A stretch of DNA of 64,000 bases from an uncultured bacterium (GTDB lineage Bacteria; Auribacterota; Erginobacteria; Erginobacterales; Erginobacteraceae). Both the position numbers and the translations under genes were made by a program. Where the stretch lies: contig CAWGIE010000026.1 in assembly GCA_963822585.1 (NCBI GenBank), forward strand, positions 128,001 through 192,000. Reading direction: 5' to 3'. Within the stretch, counting starts at the first letter, position 1, and each line of letters opens with the position of its first letter. Below the pieces are notes generated by a model, which made no database searches, had not been told where the DNA came from, and saw only the letters and a program-made list of their open reading frames with translations. Below are positions 52,822 through 61,114 of the stretch, piece after piece.

Positions 52822-52841
52822 TACCATATATAATTATGGTA
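52822..52841. promoter_or_regulatory. Candidate LexA operator upstream of lexA
   Basis: TACCATA-TATAAT-TATGGTA abutting a TTGACT -35-like hexamer; second copy at 56856. Confidence 0.65.
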
Positions 52842-52985
52842 TTGGTGTCGCGATGGCAAAAATATCCATTGAGATCTTTCGGGAAACAACAGTGACTTTT
52901 TAGCACTTTTGTAAGTCTTATCTCAGCCAAATCAATGATGATGTTTGTTCAAAACTCATAAATTTCGAGCGCAGCGAGACAATTT

Positions 52986-53657
52986 ATGATGCGGGAGCTG
53001 ACGGCAAAACAGCGGGCGGTACTGAAGTTGATCGCTTCCCGCCAGCAGGAGAGGGGGGCGCCGCCCACCCTGGAAGAGATCCGGGAGCACTTTGGCTGGC
53101 GGGCGATCGGCACCGTTCAGGACCATCTCCGGGCCCTGGTCGGGAAGGGATATCTCCGGAAGGGCCGCGGCGCCCGGACCCTCGAGGTGCTGCGGGACCC
53201 GGACGCCGTCTCCACGGAGGAAGACGGCATCTGGAGCGCTTCCTGGGAAGATCGGAGACGGGCCGGGGGGAAGATAGCGCTGGTCCCGGTGGTGGGGGAG
53301 GTTGCCGCCGGGAGCCCCATCCTGGCCGTGGAAAACGTGGAGGAAGAGTGGTTTCTGGACCGGAAGCTGCTGCACGGACGGGACAATTTCCTGCTCCGGG
53401 CCCGGGGAGAGAGCATGATCGGAGCCCAGATCAAGGACGGGGACTACCTCCTGATCCGCCCCCAGGCCGCGGCCGAGAACGGCGAGATCGTGGTGGTGAT
53501 GGTCGATGACGAGGTGACGGTGAAACGATTCTACCGCCGGAGAAACAGCATCGAGCTGCGGGCCGAGAACCCCGCGTACCAGCCGATTATTTTTCGGGGA
53601 GAGGAAAAAGAACTGGAGATCGTGGGGAAGGTGGTGGGAGTTTTGAGAAAATACTGA
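52986..53657 (+). CDS. lexA: SOS repressor LexA
   Basis: 'LTAKQ', 'PPTLEEI', 'HLRAL', cleavage site 'VAAG', 'GESM' (Ser), 'TVKR' (Lys). Confidence 0.95.
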   Translation: MMRELTAKQRAVLKLIASRQQERGAPPTLEEIREHFGWRAIGTVQDHLRALVGKGYLRKGRGARTLEVLRDPDAVSTEEDGIWSASWEDRRRAGGKIALVPVVGEVAAGSPILAVENVEEEWFLDRKLLHGRDNFLLRARGESMIGAQIKDGDYLLIRPQAAAENGEIVVVMVDDEVTVKRFYRRRNSIELRAENPAYQPIIFRGEEKELEIVGKVVGVLRKY

Positions 53658-53701
53658 ATGAATCCCGCCGGCCACACCATCGGAAAGACAACGGAGGATA
53701 T

Positions 53702-53920
53702 TCACCACGAAGGACACGAAGTTCACGAAGGGAATTTCAAGCAAGGGAAAAACACCGGGTCTTTTGCATCAGTTCGTACCTGACGCATTAAACCGATTAG
53801 CCCAGTAACGAGCGGTTACAAGTAATACAGTTTAAAAGTTGCAAAAGATCGGGGCGTATCTGGTCATTTTTGCCGGCTGACTTCTTTTTTATCTTCGTGT
53901 CCTTCGTGAACTTCGTGGTT
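53702..53920. repeat. 9-bp-periodic inverted repeat element enclosing ~160 bp of unique DNA
   Basis: CACCACGAAGGACACGAAGTTCACGAAG...CTTCGTGTCCTTCGTGAACTTCGTGG. Confidence 0.85.
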
Positions 53921-53935
53921 TAAAGCGGTTTTTTT

Positions 53936-54619
53936 ATGAGCTTGACGAAGAAGCAAAAACAGCGCTGGATCGTGTATGTCCACTCCCCCTGTCGGGTGAC
54001 CCATCAACTGGAGCAATTCCTCACTATTCTTGAAAATCATACCCCGGATGTCGAATACCGGCGAGGATGCTCCGCCTACCTGGAGTTCGGGGAGGGGAGC
54101 GAGGGGGATGAACACCCTCTGGAAGTGATCGGCCGTCTTCAGAAGGAAATAGCCGCCCTGGACATCCCGGTTTCTTTCGGTCTTGGCTCCAACAAGCTGA
54201 TGGCCCGCGCCGCCGCCGCCCTGGTCGATACCCGGGAGGCCCTCTGGATCCTCCCCCAGGGGGAGAAGGATCTTCTCCAGGGCCTTCCGGTGGAACTCTG
54301 GCCCGGTTTGCGAATAAAGACGATCTCCCAGCTTCTCCGGCTGGGGATCAGAAGGGTGGGGGACCTGGCCCGGATCGACACCTTCTGGGTCAGACGGGTA
54401 TGGGGAGAAAAAGGACTGGCCATGCGGGAGCAGGCCCGGGGCTTCGATCCCCGGCCGGTGGTGCGCAGGATCCCGCGAACCGATATCTCGCCCCTCCTTC
54501 CCCAGCCCCGTCTCTTTCCCCCCTGCGGGAAAGCCGAGAAGCTGACGGTCCTGCGCCACCTGGCCGTCTTCCTCCGGAGCAAGTACGGCCGCGCGGCCGC
54601 CGGGAAAATGCGCCCGTGA
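53936..54619 (+). CDS. Short catalytically degenerate Y-family polymerase (ImuB-like)
   Basis: 'SFGLGSNKLMARAA', HhH 'LPVELWPGL...LLRLGIRRVGDLA', 'ARGFD'; no DxDxFF or SxDE motifs. Confidence 0.7.
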   Translation: MSLTKKQKQRWIVYVHSPCRVTHQLEQFLTILENHTPDVEYRRGCSAYLEFGEGSEGDEHPLEVIGRLQKEIAALDIPVSFGLGSNKLMARAAAALVDTREALWILPQGEKDLLQGLPVELWPGLRIKTISQLLRLGIRRVGDLARIDTFWVRRVWGEKGLAMREQARGFDPRPVVRRIPRTDISPLLPQPRLFPPCGKAEKLTVLRHLAVFLRSKYGRAAAGKMRP

Positions 54620-54718
54620 ATTAGCGGGCATCCATCCCCTGTCAGGCAGCCGATGAAGATTGTCTCGGTCGGGGATGGCGGCAAATTTACTTAAATGGGC
54701 CGGGTTCCCACAAGCTAT

Positions 54719-56630
54719 TCAGGGTGATGGGGATGGCGCCGGGGCCATTCGCTGACGATGCCGTCGATGCCCCCGGCCGGGGGCTTTTTCACTTCCTCCG
54801 ATGGTGATGGAAAGAGGGGTGTCGCCGCTCCCGGTAATGGTGATCGCGCCGCGGCCGGTTTTTTCCCGAAAAGTGATGCCGGGCGTGTTCTTCGGAACGG
54901 CGGAGGTCGGGATCGGCGTTATCCGCGTCTTAACGGCCGGGGTCGGCAAGGATGGTGCTGACGGCAAAGAGGGGGCGGATTCCGGTGTCAATGTCCGGAG
55001 GTGGTGCCGGCGTCGGGGATTTCGGCGGAACCGGCGTTGCGGTTGGAGACGGAGCAGGAGTAATCGTCCGGGTCGGGGCCGGTGTCAGTGCCGGTGATGG
55101 CATCGGCGGCGGGGATTTCGGCGGCACTGGCGTTGCGGTCGGAGAGGGGGCAGGCGGCATCGTCCCGGTCGGGGCCGGTGTCCGTGCCGGTGCCGGTGAT
55201 GGCATCGGTGTCAGGGATTTCATCGGCGCGGGCGACCCGGTTGGAGCAAGGGCCGGTGTTATCATCCTGATCGGTGACGGGGTCGAAGCCGGGGTGGGGG
55301 CCGGAGGTGGGGATTTCGGCGGCATCAGCGTTGGGGCCGGAGTCGGCAGCGGTGATGGTGTCCCGGTCGGAGCCGGGGTTGAGACCGGGGGAGGAACCGG
55401 CGTCGGCGATCTCAGCGGTATCGGCGTCCCGGTGGGAGAGGGGGAGAGGGGAGGGTTGGTGGCGGTCGGGGATGATGAAGGCGCCGGAGAGGGTGGAAGT
55501 GTGGGTGACGGTGAGACGGTCGGGGTAGGGGTGGGAGGGGCAAGGGGCGCCGCGTACAGAAAACCGTCGAAGCTTCCAAAGAAGATCAGGTCGCCGCCCG
55601 CCGCGGGTGAAGACCAGACAACGCCGCCGGTCTGATAGCGCCACTTTTCCCGGCCGGTGCTGGCGTCAATCGCATAGAGAGCGCCGTCGCCGCTGCCCAG
55701 ATAGATTGTCTCGCCGACCACTACCGGAGTGGACCGGATCGGTCCGCCGGTGGTGAAATGCCACCGTTCCCGCCCGAACTCACGATCGACCGCGTAGAGA
55801 TTGTGGTCCATGCTGCCGGCATACACCGTCTCCCCGTTTATCACCGGTGACGCGGCCATACCGCCGCCGCACGGAAACCGCCACTTCTCCCGTCCGGAAG
55901 CGGCGTCCACTTCGTAGAGTCCACCGTCGTTGCTGCCGATATAGACGCTCTCGCCGGCTACGGCGGGGGACGACCAGACCTGGTCCCCGGTTTTAAATTT
56001 CCAGCGGAAACGGCCGTTATCCGCCTCCAGCGCATGAAGGTAAGTATCATTGCCGCCGATGTACACGGTATCCCCGGCAACCAGCGGCGAGGACCATATC
56101 CCGTCCGTTGTTTTATAAGACCATTTTTCCTTCCCCGAGATAATCGCCAGGGCATAGAGGGTGCCGCTCCCGTTTCCAAAAAAGATCAGATCGCCGGCAA
56201 TGAAGGGAGTGGCCACGATCTCATCGCCGCTTTCGAACCGCCAGATTTCCTCGCCGGTATCGGCATTGACCGCGTAGAGATTCCCATCCAGGCTGCCGAC
56301 ATAGACAACGCCGTCAACCGTGACAGGGGAAGAGCAGACGGCTCCCCCGGTCATAAAGGCCCATTTGAGTTTCCCGGTTGACAGTTCCGCCGCGTAAAGG
56401 TTGCCGTCGTTGCTGCCGCAGTAGATATACCCGTCGGCGATGACCGGGGAGGAATAGACGGGGGCGTCCGTTTTCAGCTCCCAGCGGGGCTGAACATACC
56501 GGGGGACGGACCCCTCACCGGTCCCGGCCGGTACCGCCGCCGGGAGCGCTGAAGAAGCCTGCTCCTCCGGCCCGCCGCACCCCGGGCTTGCCAGGATCAC
56601 GAATCCGATCATGTAAAGATACTTCCGCAT
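54719..56630 (-). CDS. PQQ-like (BamB-type) beta-propeller lipoprotein with Pro/Thr tail; apparent frameshift at ~54995
   Basis: Lipobox-like 'SPGC'; 8 'SSPxxxxxxVYxGSxDGxLYAxDxxTGxxxW' blades; as sequenced it stops at 54930, but the P/T tail continues in another frame to 54719. Confidence 0.75.
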
Positions 56631-56855
56631 TGCTTTTTCCATCCTCTCCCGGTGGCAGCGGATGACGTCGCCGGTTTGATCGTTGCCCGGCTCTTTCATC
56701 CACGCGAGAGAGCGCCGGCAACATGATACCTCATGTCACCAGGATTATTCATGAAAATTTTAATTTTAACCCGATTTATTCATAACTCGGGTTAGTTTTA
56801 AAAAATGATAACAAGTAAAAGAACAGCAATGCGAAACCATTCTTTTTTGCTTGAA

Positions 56856-56875
56856 TACCATAAATATATATGGTA
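56856..56875. promoter_or_regulatory. Candidate LexA operator upstream of dnaE2
   Basis: TACCATA-AATATA-TATGGTA abutting a TTGAAT -35-like hexamer. Confidence 0.65.
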
Positions 56876-56940
56876 TTATTTTCCTGAGGAAAATTAAGCT
56901 ACCGTACTGTTCCGACATTCCAAGGGAAGAGAAATCCGGT

Positions 56941-57112
56941 AGTGTAGTATCGTCCGTTCGCTTCGCTTCAGGACTTGTAGGATCGCTTCGCTTGCGGTTC
57001 AGCAAGCCTTGCCTCCGGCAAGGCGATACTACATTTCCTACAACTCCTACAAGTCCTTCACGGAGTGAAGGACGATCCTACATAAATTTGTGAGCGCAGC
57101 GAGCTAATTTAT
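56941..57112 (+). repeat. Composite palindromic element in the dnaE2 leader
   Basis: Homologous to 31932-32157; ends ATAAATT..GAGCGCAGCGAG..AATTTAT immediately before ATG. Confidence 0.8.
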
Positions 57113-60100
57113 ATGTTCACGCATCTTCACTGTCACAGTTATTATTCGTTTCTCCGGGGGACGGCATCGCCGGAGGAACTCGCGGGCCGGGCGGCGTCGA
57201 TGCGGATGGAGGCGCTGGCCCTGACCGACCGGGACGGCATTTACGGCGCGGTGGAATTCTACCAGAGCTGCCGGGGATGGGGGATCAAGCCCATTTTGGG
57301 CGTGGAACTGACGGAAAAAGCGGTCCCGGGCGAGGGGGGCGGCGAAAAACTCCGGGCCGTTTTCCTGGCCCGCGATCGGCGGGGCTGGGAGCGGATCTGC
57401 GAGTTGACCACCGCCCGCCACCTGAAGAAGGAGTTCTCACTCCGGCGGGCCGTCCGGGAGGCAGGGGAGAACGTTTTCGTTCTTACCCCCTGCCCGGAGC
57501 TGGCCCCCGCTCCGCCCCCGGAGGCCTTTTTCCTGGAAATCACCTCCGCCATGCCTCTCCGGCTGATCGAGAGGCTGGCGCGGACGGCGAGGGAGCGGAA
57601 GATCCCCCTGGCCGCCGCCAACGATGTCCATTTCCTCCGCCGGACCGATCATCCCCTGGCCGGCGTTGTCGCCCGGATCCGGCAGCGGGCGGCGGGTAAA
57701 TCCGGGGGGCCGGCCGCCGGAGTGCACCGGGAGGCCTGGCTCAAAAGCGGGAAAGAGATGGCGGAGATCCTGGGGGCATATCCGGAGGCGCTTTTGGCGC
57801 CGCGGCGGATCGCGGAGGCATGCCGGGTGGAACTGGAACTGGGGCGACTCCATCTGCCCCGTTACCCGCTCCCCGCGGGAGAGTCCCCCGGAGACCGGCT
57901 CCGGGACCTCTGCCGGGCCGGCATCCGCCGCCGGTACCGTCCGGTTCCTCCTCGGCTGGGAGAGCGGCTCCGGAAAGAGCTGACGGTGATCGCCGGGCTG
58001 GGGATGGCGGATTATTTTCTCCTGGTCGAGGAGATCGCCCGCTTCGCCCGCCGGAAAGGAATCCCCACCCTGGGGCGCGGGTCGGCCGCCAACAGCCTGG
58101 TCTGCTACCTGCTGGGCCTGACCGGCGTGGACCCGCTCCGTCATCACCTTTACTTCGAGCGTTTTCTCAACGCGAAGCGGACGGATCCGCCGGATATCGA
58201 TCTCGATTTCCCCACCAACCGAAGAGACGAGGTGATCGAGTGGATCTACCGGCGCTTCGGAGCGTCCCGGGTCGCCACCCTTTCCGCCACGGTCCGTTTC
58301 CGGGCTCGGGCGGCGCTGGCCGAGACGGCCCGGGTGATGGGCATGAGAGCGGAGGAAGCCCATCGCCTGACCCGGCATCTCCCCTATTTCAGCAGCCTGC
58401 GGGACCCCGATCGTCTGCGCCGGGAAGTGCCGGAATGCCGCCGGCTTCCCTGGGGAGAACCGTGGTTCCGGGATCTTTTGCGCATCGCCGGACGGCTGGA
58501 GGGGTTCCCCCGGCATCTCTCCGTCCACCCGGGAGGAATGGTGATCGCCCCGGCGCCGCTGACCCGGTACCTGGCCCTGGAGCGGGCGTCCAAGGGCGTG
58601 ATCGTCACCCAGCCCGATATGTACGGCGTGAAGAAACTGGGTCTGCTCAAGATAGATATCCTCGGCCAGCGGGCCCTGGCGGTAGTGGCCGACGTCATCC
58701 GGGAAATCGGGGAAGGGGGGACCGCTATCGACCTCGATGGGCTTGATCCGACGGAGGACGAAGCCACCCGGGAACTGATCTCCTCCGGGCGCACCCTCGG
58801 GTGTTTCTATATCGAATCGCCGGTCATGCGCTCCCTCCTGCAGAGGCTCCGCTGCCGTGATTTCCCGACCCTGGTCGCCGCCAGTTCCATCATCCGTCCC
58901 GGCGTCTCCAACACCGGCTGCGCCGAACGGTACATCGCCCGGCACCTGGGCCGGGAGAAGCCGGTTCCCGTGCACCCCCGGGTGGATCCCCTTCTGGCCG
59001 AGACATACGGCGTGATGATCTACCAGGAACAGGTGATGCAAGTGGTCTCCGGGGCCGCCGGGCTGAGCCCGGAGGATGCCGATGAGTTCCGCCGCTGTAT
59101 GAGCAAAAAGCCGGGCTGGCGGGCGCTGGAGAATTACCGGGTGCGGTTCCTCCGGGGAGCGGCGGGGAACCGGATCCCGGAAGCGACCGCGGCGGAACTC
59201 TGGAGGCAGATCGAGGGGTTCGCGTCATATGCCTTCTGCAAGGCTCACAGCGCCTCCTTCGCCCACCTCTCTTTTCAAACCGCCTATCTGAAAGCCCATT
59301 TCCCGGCCCGCTTCATGGCCGCCCTGATCTCCCGCCGGGGAGGGTTCTACCCGACCCGGGCCTACATTCAGGAAGCCCGGCGAATGGGACTGGAAATTCA
59401 TCCGCCCGATATCAACCGGAGCGGGTATTCTTACCGGGCGGAAGGAGGGGGGATCAGGGTGGGGCTGATGGAGATCAGGTCCCTCCGGAGCGAGACCGCC
59501 CGGAGGATTCTGGCGGAGCGGGAACAGCGGCGGTTTGACTCCTGGGAGGACTTCCTCCGCCGCTGCCGTCCCGATGCCGGGGAGCTGGGTTCCCTGATCG
59601 GGAGCGGGGCTCTCGGCTCTCTGGGCGAGGGCCGGCCGGCGTTTTCCTGGAGATGGGCCGGCGGCAGACGGGACCTCCCTCCGGATGCGCTTTTTCCCCG
59701 TTTCCGGGAGGAGTCCGGACCGCCGCTGCCGGATTTTATCGAGGCTGCCGGACAGCGGCGTTGCGCCGAGGAGGAGGGGATGGGTTTCTCCATCCTTCCC
59801 CCGGAAGCGGAGGACCGCGCGCAAGGACTGCGCCGCGCCGGCCCGGGGCTGCCCCTGGTCAGGGCGGATGAACTGCCGCGCTGGTCGGGGAGAGAAGTGC
59901 AGATAATCGGGAGCCCGGTAACCGGACGCCTGGTCCGGACCCGCCGGGGCGGCGGGAGATTAATGAAATTTCTCACCCTGGAGGATGCCACCGGTCTTTT
60001 CGAAGTCGTTCTTTTCCCGGACTGCTACGCGCGCTTCGGTCACTGGCTTGTTGCCGACGGTCCTTTCTACATACGGGGAGTGGTCCAGGTCAAGGATGCC

Positions 60101-60163
60101 GTCCCGATAGTCGTCTGCCGGCAGATTTTCTTGACACCGCCCCTGCCGGATGCTACTTTATAA
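57113..60163 (+). CDS. dnaE2: Error-prone DNA polymerase III alpha (DnaE2/ImuC-like)
   Basis: PHP 'HLHCHSYYS', 'GRGSAANS', 'PPDIDLDF', 'PRHLSVHPGG', 'KIDILG', 'YAFCKAHS', OB 'FLTLED'; next to lexA and imuB-like gene. Confidence 0.85.
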   Translation: MFTHLHCHSYYSFLRGTASPEELAGRAASMRMEALALTDRDGIYGAVEFYQSCRGWGIKPILGVELTEKAVPGEGGGEKLRAVFLARDRRGWERICELTTARHLKKEFSLRRAVREAGENVFVLTPCPELAPAPPPEAFFLEITSAMPLRLIERLARTARERKIPLAAANDVHFLRRTDHPLAGVVARIRQRAAGKSGGPAAGVHREAWLKSGKEMAEILGAYPEALLAPRRIAEACRVELELGRLHLPRYPLPAGESPGDRLRDLCRAGIRRRYRPVPPRLGERLRKELTVIAGLGMADYFLLVEEIARFARRKGIPTLGRGSAANSLVCYLLGLTGVDPLRHHLYFERFLNAKRTDPPDIDLDFPTNRRDEVIEWIYRRFGASRVATLSATVRFRARAALAETARVMGMRAEEAHRLTRHLPYFSSLRDPDRLRREVPECRRLPWGEPWFRDLLRIAGRLEGFPRHLSVHPGGMVIAPAPLTRYLALERASKGVIVTQPDMYGVKKLGLLKIDILGQRALAVVADVIREIGEGGTAIDLDGLDPTEDEATRELISSGRTLGCFYIESPVMRSLLQRLRCRDFPTLVAASSIIRPGVSNTGCAERYIARHLGREKPVPVHPRVDPLLAETYGVMIYQEQVMQVVSGAAGLSPEDADEFRRCMSKKPGWRALENYRVRFLRGAAGNRIPEATAAELWRQIEGFASYAFCKAHSASFAHLSFQTAYLKAHFPARFMAALISRRGGFYPTRAYIQEARRMGLEIHPPDINRSGYSYRAEGGGIRVGLMEIRSLRSETARRILAEREQRRFDSWEDFLRRCRPDAGELGSLIGSGALGSLGEGRPAFSWRWAGGRRDLPPDALFPRFREESGPPLPDFIEAAGQRRCAEEEGMGFSILPPEAEDRAQGLRRAGPGLPLVRADELPRWSGREVQIIGSPVTGRLVRTRRGGGRLMKFLTLEDATGLFEVVLFPDCYARFGHWLVADGPFYIRGVVQVKDAVPIVVCRQIFLTPPLPDATL

Positions 60164-60274
60164 GCACACACAGTGGGTCCGATTCCATCATCCTGATACC
60201 GGCCGTGTGTGAACACGGCAGCGGGGCAATGAAAAATAATAGGGAGACACGGATCACCCGAGGGAGGAGCTGAC

Positions 60275-60436
60275 ATGGGTATTGTATGGATTTTCATCGT
60301 TGCGGTTGTGGCGGTCATTATCGTGTACCTGATCGCCAATCGATCCTGTTCCTGTGGATCGGCAGCTGAAAAGACCGCGGGACCCGAAAAAAGCACGGCG
60401 CCGAAAAGCAATCAGCCGTCTCCACCTTCACCGTAG
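60275..60436 (+). CDS. 53-aa single-TM small protein with CxC motif (below the ORF-track cutoff)
   Basis: GGAGGAG RBS; MGIVWIFIVAVVAVIIVYLIANRSCSCGSAAEKTAGPEKSTAPKSNQPSPPSP. Confidence 0.6.
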   Translation: MGIVWIFIVAVVAVIIVYLIANRSCSCGSAAEKTAGPEKSTAPKSNQPSPPSP

Positions 60437-60754
60437 GGCAGCCGACTATCCATGGAAGTGCGCGGGACCGGAGAGAGAACGTGGAAGCCCGGTGCGGCAT
60501 AGACCCGGGTGGCCCTTTCCCTCCCCGGTCTTATTTTTTCTCCCCGCCCCGATTAATGCTTCCCCGATTAATGCTTCGGGGTGGGCGGGGCAGACGGGGT
60601 GGCTGGGGCGAGCAGAGCGCCGGAATAAGAGCTTGCATGCATTGAAACACTATTACCGGGGTATTTTATTACGGAGAGCATCATGGAATATTTATATTGA
60701 AAATAAATAAGGCAAACTATATATAGTAAAATTTTTCCGAAGGAAAAATTTTAT

Positions 60755-60829
<75 letters not shown>

Positions 60830-60884
60830 TATTATTTTTACTTCGTAAAAATAATATATGTATGAACGAAACGAGGCAGTTTAT

Positions 60885-61111
60885 TGCTTCAGAATTTCAA
60901 TAACGTAGTGTGAAGTGAAAGGTGTAAAGTGGAAAAGTTTCATTACACTTTAAACATTACACTTTACACTACAAGTTGCACCGAAGGCGCTAACTTGCTG
61001 CTTCGGAATTTCAATAACATAGTGTGAAGTGTAAGGTGTAAAGTGGCGAGTTCCATTACACTTTAAACATTACACTTTACACTACAAGTTGCGCCGGAGG
61101 CGCTAACTTGT
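60885..61111 (+). repeat. Two tandem ~114-bp copies of the 10844-type element in the thrS leader
   Basis: Units start TGCTTCrGAATTTCAATAAC at 60885 and 60999. Confidence 0.88.
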
Positions 61112-61114
61112 TAT

